From a virus (taxonomy: Duplodnaviria; Heunggongvirae; Uroviricota; Caudoviricetes), in the IMG/VR virus record IMGVR_UViG_3300037313_001751, positions 64,001 to 77,471 of that record: a DNA stretch of 13,471 nucleotides, one strand, 5' to 3'. Below the pieces are notes generated by a model, which saw only the letters and a program-made list of their open reading frames with translations, had not been told where the DNA came from and made no database searches. Shown here piece after piece: positions 1 to 7,775 of this stretch. Positions within the stretch are counted from its first letter, which is position 1. Each line of letters starts with the position of its first letter. The position numbers and the translations under genes were made by a program.

Positions 1-245
1 TGATAGATGTGTTGCATCTTGCCGATTTCGAGAGTTTGTGGCCTACTGAAATAGCACAGTTCCTCTAGTTTTTTTGGGTCTCCGTTGCAGTAAGTTTCTA
101 TCTCATCTACTGAGTAGACATCACTCAATTCGTTGAACTTTTCGCGGCTCTCATAATCGTAATTCGGCACGAGGAAGATTGCGTCAGGATCCACCTTTAT
201 CGGTTTTATTCGTCGCGCACGCACTTTGGTATTGTAGGCGACGCA
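1..245 (-). mobile_element. Intein N-terminal region inserted in the Walker A loop of the gp41-like helicase (truncated by the window edge)
   Basis: Walker A is interrupted after GGPG by CVAYNTKV (Cys1 codon 245-243), which fits intein block A (C-x4-T-x-V). The expected SGKS is absent in the remaining 81 codons. Confidence 0.8.
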
Positions 246-812
246 TCCTGGACCACCCACGAAAATAGTCACCTCGCCCCGGTTTAGCCCACCATATAAT
301 TTTCTATCAAGATCCTCCCAGCCAGTTGGCCGCATGCCAGTGCGGTCTTTCATTCGCTGTAACCTAGTTAGTGGATCGTTAAAATACTCAGTTCCAAGGT
401 CTTTCTGTAAAGAGATCAGGTTTGCCTCTTTTATGAGGCGTTCAATTTCCCCTCGGTTTCCCTGTTCAAGAAGGGGCACGCTGGCAAGTATCGCAAGCTC
501 AAGCGCTTTATGACGACAGAAAGCTTCTATTGTATCAAGGAACCAAGGCTCTTGGGCCTCGGCGTCCTCAACCAATGGCAAGCGGACATTGGCAAACGAA
601 CTAACGACATCGGGGCTTGGCAATTTGCTATATTTTTGCGCATAATTGAGGATGAACCTCGCAACAGTTTGTAAGTCTTGATGCCAATATTCTGCCTTCA
701 GAATATTTTGACACCTTGCAAATACATTCGGAGACGATAATAGGTATCTCAGTAGGAATTTTTCAGTTTCAAAGCTATACGTAACGGTATCATTTCGCTG
801 TGAATTCCTCAT
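1..812 (-). CDS. Replicative DnaB/T4 gp41-like helicase, N-terminal part, intein-containing; runs off the left edge
   Basis: Absent from the ORF track and translated by hand. ATG at 812 has AAGGA 6 nt upstream, and the frame is open to position 1: MRNSQRNDTVTYSFETEKFLLRYLL...FCRHKALELAI...LQKDLGTEYFNDP...PTGWEDLDRKLYGGLNRGEVTIFVGGPG|C. TGW..LD..L.GG...GE is the DnaB/gp41 pre-Walker A motif. The gene follows the primase with a 23-nt overlap. Confidence 0.92.
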   Translation of the reverse strand, partial: MRNSQRNDTVTYSFETEKFLLRYLLSSPNVFARCQNILKAEYWHQDLQTVARFILNYAQKYSKLPSPDVVSSFANVRLPLVEDAEAQEPWFLDTIEAFCRHKALELAILASVPLLEQGNRGEIERLIKEANLISLQKDLGTEYFNDPLTRLQRMKDRTGMRPTGWEDLDRKLYGGLNRGEVTIFVGGPGCVAYNTKVRARRIKPIKVDPDAIFLVPNYDYESREKFNELSDVYSVDEIETYCNGDPKKLEELCYFSRPQTLEIGKMQHIY

Positions 813-1917
813 CGTGTTCCTTTAAATTTGGTTCATGGCGCAAATGGATGCGCCTGCGCGCACTGATATATGCGGCACTGTTTGTCAACGACTCTGGCTG
901 TAGAACAGTCCATAACGGGTAGATAGCGCCGTAATATTTTACAGCGTCAGAAGCGTCCTTAATTGACGGATGCCAACGCGGAAAACTGACATACCAACCA
1001 TGTTTTATTGCGGCATCAACAAGGGCGCCACCACCCTTCTCAAAATCAGGCAAGACAACAATTGTTTTCTCCGTATTGTTGAGCCAGCTACATTGATCGG
1101 TCGATAAATGGTTGCCAAGCGTTGCGATGCCATTTATCGCCAATGCGTCAAAAGGCCCCTCGCAAATGATAATGTATTCCTGATCGGCACTAATTCCATC
1201 CACATTAAAGAGGTAATTTGGCTGTGAATTGGTGATATACCTACTAACTTTTTTGGCTTTTAGATACCCGGCATTGTTAATAGATCGTGCAGTCCAGCCA
1301 ACAATTCGTCCATACCATTTAAAGGGGATTATCACCCGGTCAGCAAAGCTTTGTTTCCGTCCATACCTATCGATTGTTGGATCAGGACTCCAATACCACT
1401 CATATTGAGTGATAACATCACGCCCGCGCCCTTGCAAATATTCTACCACGGCGAGAAAATCAGGGTTTACCTGGTCTTGTGAGAGCCAATAAACGAAGGA
1501 GCGGGACCCGGCAGGCAGAGCAACGTCTTTGAAATTAAACGAGATGTCAGGCGGATCATCTTTTTGCTGTTTTATCTGCTCGCGTAATTGGTAGGCTTTG
1601 AAATTGAACCGTTGAATCTCATAATCAGAGATTCCAAACCAACTGAGCAAGTTCCTAAACCGTTTGGAGAATTGTTGGCCCCGCCTCCATCCGGTTTTGT
1701 ATTGGCAGTTGAAGCAATTATATACGATCGAACCAGGATGAAGAGCAAAACCACCCCTCATCCTTGTATCACGCCCTTCGCGATTGTGCGTACAACACAC
1801 AGCATTAAATGACGTCCATGGTGTGCCAATCTTCCGTGAACCGGCACGAGCTAGACAAGCGGTATATATCTGCCTAGCGAGATCAACACCGCCGTCAAAC
1901 TCCGGCTGTAAAGCCAA
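790..1917 (-). CDS. DNA primase, T4 gp61-like (Zn-binding domain plus TOPRIM)
   Basis: Zn motif NAVCCTH...YNCFNC, RVIIPF, and TOPRIM motifs IICEGPFDA and VVLPDFE. The track starts at ATG 1950; TTG 1917 preceded by AAGGAGG is the more likely start. Confidence 0.9.
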   Translation of the reverse strand: MALQPEFDGGVDLARQIYTACLARAGSRKIGTPWTSFNAVCCTHNREGRDTRMRGGFALHPGSIVYNCFNCQYKTGWRRGQQFSKRFRNLLSWFGISDYEIQRFNFKAYQLREQIKQQKDDPPDISFNFKDVALPAGSRSFVYWLSQDQVNPDFLAVVEYLQGRGRDVITQYEWYWSPDPTIDRYGRKQSFADRVIIPFKWYGRIVGWTARSINNAGYLKAKKVSRYITNSQPNYLFNVDGISADQEYIIICEGPFDALAINGIATLGNHLSTDQCSWLNNTEKTIVVLPDFEKGGGALVDAAIKHGWYVSFPRWHPSIKDASDAVKYYGAIYPLWTVLQPESLTNSAAYISARRRIHLRHEPNLKEHDEEFTAK

Positions 1918-3439
1918 ACAAGCCTCCTTCTTCGTAAATCTGACTTTCATATTTTTTTGGCCGAGTAAACTCGCGAACCTTGGCCCTTGCCGCGGTTAAA
2001 TTCTGCATCAAAGGAACATCAAATTCGTCGAGCTTTTGGATGCCACGTTCAGCAGTCTCAGTCGCCAAATAGTTAAGGTCCTTCGCAAAACGCCTAATCA
2101 TCGCGTAAGGATCCTTAGCTGCAAAGATATCGGGGATCAAACTGCGAAAGCGCAAAAGCCCCAAAGGAACATGAAGCCTATCATCCCTGTCATACATGTC
2201 CTGACTAGCAAACACTCCTTCAAGATGCACCTGCACATTGTGGTTCATCATTAATGCGTATGAGACAACATCCCAAGTGCTCGTAAACTTGAGATCTTCA
2301 TTAACGCACACTTGATCCATTGTTAGGCGCTTGCCTATCTCGGTGTTTACGAATGTACCAAAGCCGCCCTGTTCTTGATCTTTTAGTCCCTTACGTTCCC
2401 ATTCTTCGCGAATTTTGTCGAGGAATGGCACCTTCGCACGTGGCGCGCCTGGCAAGAACTCACGCCCGTCAATTTTATCGCCATGGACGCTCCAGCCACT
2501 TTGGTCCAGTGTGTAACCAAAGTAGCATTTGCCATATGCCGCTAGTGTAAACGGTGAACTCACATCGTAAGATATGGTGAAATTTGGATTAATCAACTCT
2601 CTAATACAACGCTGCATTGTAGTATAAACTGCTCCGTGTTGCAGTTTGCCCACTCCAAGGAAATGCAGCCAGTTCTTCTTTTCAAGAAGACCATCCCGCC
2701 ACATATCAATTAGCCTTGTCATAGTCATTTCAAAGTTTTCTTTGTGTGGACCCGCCAGTGCCCAGGCCTCAAAGTCGTAGTGTTTTACCTTGTTATACCA
2801 CACCCGGCTTTCTTCAACTGTGCGTCCTTGCACAACATTGAGGAATTTCGTTGCCCCAGGTTTCCTATGCTCGATGAAGTAGTTGTTATTTTGGAGGGTT
2901 TGATATAGGCAGGCTGAGAAGCAGAATTTCTCATAATCTAAAGGATTGAAGCCGAGACCCCTGCAAAATTGGTCGAGGTCCACACCTTCCGCGCGAAGCC
3001 GCTCAACATGGGGATCGACACTTCCAAGATTGATCCCACCTGTTGGGAAGTCCAATATCATCGACCAGTCTGTCATGCCTTCTAGCCATCGCATCATAAT
3101 CTCGCGAGTCTTGTCGCCCTGCCAGCGGATCGCCCTCGTCTGAATTTGATAGCCACCTGAGTCGCCAATCACGGTGGTGCGTTCTTTGTCCCGCAACGCA
3201 AACATACAGTCGCGCTTCAGGGAAGCTGTTTCAGATTTTGCCGCTTGACCGGCAGAATAGAGAGCGTATGGGATAAAAAAGATGTTGGAGTTAGGATTGA
3301 GGAAATTCAAATCCTCGGCTGGAACTGGCAGGGGACGTTTTGGATTCTTATTGGCTAAACACCTCGAATACATTTCCGATACCGACGGAACAAAAACGGC
3401 GTAATCTCGATACCTTTTAGAGTAATCAATCCCTGTCAT
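1895..3439 (-). CDS. TGT-fold (tRNA/DNA-guanine transglycosylase, DpdA/Tgt-like) protein
   Basis: Ordered TGT motifs GDSGGYQI, MILDFP, NVVQG, ALAG, HFLGVG, SYDVSSP and a late HN. Likely start is ATG 3439 with GAAGGA upstream; the track starts at 3466. Confidence 0.8.
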   Translation of the reverse strand: MTGIDYSKRYRDYAVFVPSVSEMYSRCLANKNPKRPLPVPAEDLNFLNPNSNIFFIPYALYSAGQAAKSETASLKRDCMFALRDKERTTVIGDSGGYQIQTRAIRWQGDKTREIMMRWLEGMTDWSMILDFPTGGINLGSVDPHVERLRAEGVDLDQFCRGLGFNPLDYEKFCFSACLYQTLQNNNYFIEHRKPGATKFLNVVQGRTVEESRVWYNKVKHYDFEAWALAGPHKENFEMTMTRLIDMWRDGLLEKKNWLHFLGVGKLQHGAVYTTMQRCIRELINPNFTISYDVSSPFTLAAYGKCYFGYTLDQSGWSVHGDKIDGREFLPGAPRAKVPFLDKIREEWERKGLKDQEQGGFGTFVNTEIGKRLTMDQVCVNEDLKFTSTWDVVSYALMMNHNVQVHLEGVFASQDMYDRDDRLHVPLGLLRFRSLIPDIFAAKDPYAMIRRFAKDLNYLATETAERGIQKLDEFDVPLMQNLTAARAKVREFTRPKKYESQIYEEGGLFGFTAGV

Positions 3440-3479
3440 TGTTGACTTTCCTTCTAAAATTGCCACTTAAATGATCAAG

Positions 3480-3485
3480 TATTTA
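3480..3485 (-). promoter_or_regulatory. TAAATA late-promoter-like motif upstream of the tgt-like/primase/helicase operon
   Basis: TAAATA on the minus strand about 40 nt before ATG 3439; matches the core of the T4 gp55 late promoter TATAAATA. Confidence 0.5.
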
Positions 3486-3676
3486 GAAGGACACTGTAGC
3501 CTGTCTAGCTCTCGACAGTCAATTTGATTACCCGATGCGATTCTCAGACAAATAAATAGAACATGCTCCTCGCGAGTCCCACAATCCTCACCAACTCCAA
3601 ATGCAGCCTTTGAGCTTGCACTGGATCCTCTTCTCCTTTAACATCTAGCGGTTAGCAAACCACTAGGCAATATCCT

Positions 3677-3907
3677 ATGTTAAGATGGAAATTCTGGCGG
3701 CGCAACCGCGAAGCAGTTCAGTTAGAGGAACTTAAGAAACCGAGCTACGGACTCTCAGAGGCCGAAATCGAAAGCCTCGTCAAACAATACCAAACACTGG
3801 ATAAAGCACCAGTCTCCGCCACTGATCGTATTTGCCACCGATGCATGTTTATACACAAAAGGGCAGCCGCCCGTTGCCCTAAATGTGGCGCTGTCCAGGT
3901 AACTTAA
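3677..3907 (+). CDS. Small hypothetical protein with a C-terminal zinc ribbon
   Basis: 76 aa with CHRC-x10-CPKC at the C-terminus; fills an otherwise empty gap. Confidence 0.7.
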   Translation: MLRWKFWRRNREAVQLEELKKPSYGLSEAEIESLVKQYQTLDKAPVSATDRICHRCMFIHKRAAARCPKCGAVQVT

Positions 3908-3956
3908 GAACACAAGATTAAAATTCAATCATCTGCCATTAGTTTTTGGAAAGCCC

Positions 3957-3985
3957 TTGACGTCAAAAACTTGGACCAATATAGT
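3957..3985 (+). promoter_or_regulatory. Host sigma70-type early promoter
   Basis: TTGACG (3957-3962), 17-nt spacer, TATAGT (3980-3985): near consensus with optimal spacing. Confidence 0.8.
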
Positions 3986-4109
3986 GAACGAGCTAAGCAA
4001 ATGCTTAGTAACCTCGGTAATGAGGGTAAACTGTTAAAAACCAGAAGTGCCTTTGTTATCAACAAACGATACTTTCGACCGAATAAGCACAGAAGGACAA
4101 GGTAATATT

Positions 4110-5027
4110 ATGTCAGATCCGATACGTGAACACGAAGAGACCGTTCAGTTCAAGGTCCTAGAAGGTGAGGAACGTTCCGAGATTATAGACGTTGCTATCA
4201 AGGAGGTAAGTGAACGCATTACTGATCAAATAACTTCTGATGCACGCGAAACGCTTGCGAGAACACTGGCGCTTATCAATAGCGAGGCGCAAAGTGAGGT
4301 AAACAAGCTGGCAGACGATGTAAGGAGGCAGCTTACGCTACAACAAGAAGCGATCAACACCGAAATGTTGGGTTTTCTCGGTGATACGAGAAGGCAAATC
4401 AGCGATCAACAGCAGATGGTAGCTAGCGAAACTGCCAATTTTGTAGCCAGCGCTCGTCAGCAGATCGGAGAACAACAGGAGGCAACAAGTCGCGAGTTGA
4501 CAAATTTCCTCGTAAACACTCGGGAGCAGATTGGCTCAATAAGGAACGACATCAGCGAACAAGCTCGTGACCATCTTAGCAACCTGATGGATGAGATAAG
4601 GGAAATCGCAACTCAACGGGTTAACGAAGTAGTCGCCCTTATCCGGGAGGAGGAGCGCGCTGCTGCTGTGCAACGCAATGAAGCAGCGACAATAGCCGAG
4701 GAAGTCGCTAGGGAGCTACGTGATCGTGAATTCAAGGAAAAGGACACACAGCTGATTGAATCTCGCCAAAGCTCGTCGCCTATTACAGCCATTGTGCAAA
4801 ACAACGTGGCCGACGTTCTAAAGGAGCGTATCGACCATGCAAGAGAGGTGCAACAGGAAGTATTGAATATGGTCCAAAAGTGGACCCAGGATGCCATTAG
4901 TCGACAGGCGTCCTTGATGACGAACGGCCCCCTCAACGAGCTTATCAAGCACCAGCAAGACTTCATGCGGGAATACTATACTATGGGATCAAAGGTGCTC
5001 CTCAGCATGATGCCACATAGGAAGTAG
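4110..5027 (+). CDS. All-helical protein with 22-aa amphipathic repeats and a possible phasin-like C-terminus
   Basis: ATG 4110 with AAGGACAAGG upstream (the track starts at GTG 4047). Rich in Q/E/R/A with almost no Pro; ends TAG TAA, followed by a terminator. Confidence 0.8.
   Translation: MSDPIREHEETVQFKVLEGEERSEIIDVAIKEVSERITDQITSDARETLARTLALINSEAQSEVNKLADDVRRQLTLQQEAINTEMLGFLGDTRRQISDQQQMVASETANFVASARQQIGEQQEATSRELTNFLVNTREQIGSIRNDISEQARDHLSNLMDEIREIATQRVNEVVALIREEERAAAVQRNEAATIAEEVARELRDREFKEKDTQLIESRQSSSPITAIVQNNVADVLKERIDHAREVQQEVLNMVQKWTQDAISRQASLMTNGPLNELIKHQQDFMREYYTMGSKVLLSMMPHRK
4323..4586 (+). repeat. Four degenerate 66-bp (22-aa) tandem repeats
   Basis: RRQLTLQQEAINTEMLGFLGDT / RRQISDQQQMVASETANFVASA / RQQIGEQQEATSRELTNFLVNT / REQIGSIRNDISEQARDHLSNL. 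Confidence 0.8.
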
Positions 5028-5101
5028 TAAGTAGACAGAAGGTAACAGCAATCAAAACAAACATATGTGAGTAGTCACAACACTATTCACCGCTACTGAC
5101 T

Positions 5102-5140
5102 AAGCACCGTAGATCAGTTGGTCTACGGTGCTTCCTTTTC
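5102..5140 (+). terminator. Intrinsic terminator between convergent genes, probably bidirectional
   Basis: 12-bp perfect stem AAGCACCGTAGA (5102-5113) / TCTACGGTGCTT (5122-5133), followed by CCTTTTC. Confidence 0.8.
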
Positions 5141-5953
5141 TTATACACGGAATATGACTTTGTCAAACGTGCCCGCGTTCATACTATCTGCGAGGTATAA
5201 TGTGCGAAGCCAACGAAGGCTTGCTTCAACGGTTACCGGGTAAATGCCCGAAAAACGCTCAACATGAATTGAGTTCGAACCATTAGTGGCGATTGGAAAC
5301 CACAGTGTGTCATTAACTGGAGGTGATTCTTCAACACAACCCTGAACGAAGATGTCGCCAGTCCAATTTGTCATATACATCGCCAGTGTCATAACGCCAA
5401 AATCATGGTTGTTTACCTGTGCATTGGCAGGAAAGATATCACTGTAATAGTAATTCGTGTTTAGATTGCTTATTGCCCCAGGCGTGAAATTCGTGCAAAC
5501 GAGGGAATCAGCGGGTCCGATAACCGGTCCCTCAAGTAATTCGAAATAGCCATATCCCGACTGGTCCTGGTCAACATACAGGATCGACTGACTCAGGTCA
5601 CTAGCTTGATACACGATACTGTATCGATAAAAACCTAGCAGCCAATCATCCGTATCAAATCGATCGAGCACAAGAATGGCACTGCCTTGGAGTGGATCAA
5701 TGACGATAAGTGGTTTTTGCAGGACAACCTGGCCAGTTTCGGGATCTGCTATCGTTATCACTAAGGTGGCAGCACCCAGGTCGATAGGTTTTCGATCTGA
5801 ATTACGCACAACAACTTCAACCCGATTCTTAGAGCCTTTATAAATTTTGAATCTACTAGTGTTCATCGGCAAAGACCAGTGACGTACTCCAGGGATTTGA
5901 AGGGTGAGATCAATCTGCCTGCGGTAGTATATGGCAACAACTTTATCAGGCAT
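5141..5953 (-). CDS. Probable virion structural protein (Ig-like/BppU-like N-domain plus a beta-sandwich domain)
   Basis: Beta-rich. IYKGSKNRVEVVVRNSDRKPIDL...LQKPL...G.Y.YSI pattern is typical of BppU-like Ig domains (by eye). A perfect TATAAATA lies upstream. Likely start is ATG 5953 (track 5995). Confidence 0.6.
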   Translation of the reverse strand: MPDKVVAIYYRRQIDLTLQIPGVRHWSLPMNTSRFKIYKGSKNRVEVVVRNSDRKPIDLGAATLVITIADPETGQVVLQKPLIVIDPLQGSAILVLDRFDTDDWLLGFYRYSIVYQASDLSQSILYVDQDQSGYGYFELLEGPVIGPADSLVCTNFTPGAISNLNTNYYYSDIFPANAQVNNHDFGVMTLAMYMTNWTGDIFVQGCVEESPPVNDTLWFPIATNGSNSIHVERFSGIYPVTVEASLRWLRTLYLADSMNAGTFDKVIFRV

Positions 5954-5994
5954 GACAAGGATAAATCTCCAAAATCTCAGCAAAAACAAACACA

Positions 5995-6022
5995 TAAATA
6001 CTCTTATGTGTCATTATTTATA
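5995..6022. promoter_or_regulatory. Divergent pair of late-promoter-like motifs
   Basis: TAAATA on + at 5995-6000 points to gene 6040. A perfect TATAAATA on - at 6015-6022 points to gene 5953. Confidence 0.65.
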
Positions 6023-6039
6023 GTGTTGGCAGGAACGGG

Positions 6040-6399
6040 TTGAGAGAGATTTTGGAGAAATTCCCATTCTTATCACTGGGACGATATTTAGACCAGGAAT
6101 ATCTCGGGATTATATCAAATTCAGACCAACAAATCTTGAGTATGTATATTTACTCAATGTTGCCTAGCGATGATCTGAAAAAGCTTTATCTCGCACTTGG
6201 TGATGAATGGTGGTGGGAGACCAATCGACAAATTCCTATCAATGTAGCCATAAAAGATCGATGGTCAATCTTCCGGCCTTATCTAAAGACATTCATTTCG
6301 AAAGATTTCTTTGTTGTGACTGGTCCATGCGTCAGTCTTGAGAATGTGATGGTCAAACGGATCAAACGGCGCCAAATAACATTAGTCCGGAAATTGTAG
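6040..6399 (+). CDS. Hypothetical protein of a jumbo-phage-type family (WWWETNRQIPIN motif)
   Basis: 119 aa, TTG start with AGGA upstream, basic C-terminus KRIKRRQITLVRKL. Confidence 0.8.
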   Translation: MREILEKFPFLSLGRYLDQEYLGIISNSDQQILSMYIYSMLPSDDLKKLYLALGDEWWWETNRQIPINVAIKDRWSIFRPYLKTFISKDFFVVTGPCVSLENVMVKRIKRRQITLVRKL

Positions 6400-6966
6400 C
6401 GCTTCCTCGACGAGCAGATTCATATTAACGATGACGACTTGTGCATAAGCATACGCATGCGATTTTTTCATAACAAACTGTCCATCGACCGGCAGCCAAA
6501 TCTCCTTTTTTATCTGCTCCGGCGAACAATTGAGCAAATATCGCTTCGCTGGAAGTTTTATCGCAAGCACCACAGCTAAGTCGTCTATTGTCTGGGGTTG
6601 CAACTGCTGCACAATACGAAACTGATCCCGTAGATGGAATAGGTTTTTAACGATAGCTTCATCTTGAAGCATGCACCACAGTGGTTCTGTTGTGCAAAGC
6701 CTATTAAGGTGTGCCTCGTCGCGCACTCGCTCATACAAACTGACATGTAGTAAATCCAGCTTGAAATAGCCAAGCGCCTGGGCACGTTCATAATCGAGAC
6801 TGGCCAGCTCTGTAGCCGGATCAATAGGGATATCTTGGAAGTACACGCCACTTACGTGGCGTGCGAGGTCACCTTTTTGGATTATACTTGCTTTAATGTG
6901 CACGAGATGTTCGAGGAGGGCATCACGGTTGCCAAAGTCAATGTCAATATCTGCATCGATGGTCAC
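6382..6966 (-). CDS. Miniature DNA polymerase III alpha (DnaE, family C) catalytic-core homolog
   Basis: 194 aa with DnaE motifs in the correct order: DADIDIDF (PDFDVDF), HVSGVYF (HAGGVVI), YFKLDLLHV (VKFDFLGL), NLFHL (GVFQL), LAIKLPA (ALFRPG), KKSHAYAYA (NKSHSAAYA). GTGA overlap with the upstream gene. Confidence 0.85.
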   Translation of the reverse strand: MTIDADIDIDFGNRDALLEHLVHIKASIIQKGDLARHVSGVYFQDIPIDPATELASLDYERAQALGYFKLDLLHVSLYERVRDEAHLNRLCTTEPLWCMLQDEAIVKNLFHLRDQFRIVQQLQPQTIDDLAVVLAIKLPAKRYLLNCSPEQIKKEIWLPVDGQFVMKKSHAYAYAQVVIVNMNLLVEEALQFPD

Positions 6967-7442
6967 TGTTCTTCCTTGGTGTTATCGACGACAATTTTAA
7001 GGCCACTATCCAGTGGCTCCGAACCCTCCAGTTCTAATAACACTGTTGCATTATAGTCAAAACTAATCCTGTCAGGTGCTAGTCGGGTCAATTTTAAAAA
7101 TAACAGGCTAGTGTCGGCATGCTGGACCAGTGACTTTATCAATGCTGCTATGAGGAAGTACAAACTTTGGATTGCTGGATGCTTGGCATTTTGTTTTTCC
7201 TCCAAGGTCAACTCATCAAGGTGGCAGAAATTCCTCAGTATTAGAATCTTAAAATGGAGTGGTCTCAAGTCAGCCCATGTCGATCTGCCGCTAAACAATG
7301 CTGTTGTTGACGATAAACCGTCCAGCAGGACATCAGGCCGGTTCCAATTTTTTTCAACTTTCTCGGTTTCAGCGTCGCTAAGAGTGACATTATATCTCTG
7401 GTTGGTGACCAGATCATCGACCACAACCGCCGTTAGGAGCAT
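6963..7442 (-). CDS. Hypothetical protein ending in LKIVVDNTKEEQ
   Basis: 159 aa, tightly packed in the operon (3-nt gap upstream, GTGA overlap downstream). Confidence 0.75.
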   Translation of the reverse strand: MLLTAVVVDDLVTNQRYNVTLSDAETEKVEKNWNRPDVLLDGLSSTTALFSGRSTWADLRPLHFKILILRNFCHLDELTLEEKQNAKHPAIQSLYFLIAALIKSLVQHADTSLLFLKLTRLAPDRISFDYNATVLLELEGSEPLDSGLKIVVDNTKEEQ

Positions 7443-7445
7443 AGG

Positions 7446-7775
7446 CTACCTCATGATCACTTTTCCGGCTAGTTCCGAACGGAACGTTGCAAAAGTCCCC
7501 AACATCTTTTGTTGTGCATGTTCTAGCCTGATGAGCTTCGACTCAGCAGCTCGCAATTGGCTCCTTAATTCGCGAACTTGACCTTCCAACAATTGCATGT
7601 ATTCTATTTTTGGCACGTCTATGAGATCTTCTCCAATTTGGACGCGCTTAATATGGCTGTTATGGACTTTCATCCCTCCTAAGACTTTGACAGCCCGTTT
7701 CTCCTTGGTTTCCTGTGGCATTTGCCTGTGAATTGGATTGACGCCATACATAGCTCTAAAAATAGATTGTGACAT
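7446..7775 (-). CDS. Hypothetical protein with a C-terminal coiled coil
   Basis: 109 aa, TAATG coupling to the upstream gene, heptad stretch LEGQVRELRSQLRAAESKLIRLEHAQQK. Confidence 0.8.
   Translation of the reverse strand: MSQSIFRAMYGVNPIHRQMPQETKEKRAVKVLGGMKVHNSHIKRVQIGEDLIDVPKIEYMQLLEGQVRELRSQLRAAESKLIRLEHAQQKMLGTFATFRSELAGKVIMR

Noticed and set aside
751-793. 14-codon ORF starting at the ATGA overlap with the primase stop
   Set aside because: It is out of frame with the helicase, whose start at 812 has a proper RBS.
790-1917. Identical 23-nt overlaps at the tgt/primase and primase/helicase junctions
   Set aside because: This depends on inferred start codons and the two overlaps share no sequence, so it is probably coincidence.
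3992-4090. Several small hairpins in the leader of gene 4110
   Set aside because: The stems are short (4-7 bp) and I could not assemble a convincing overall fold without computation.
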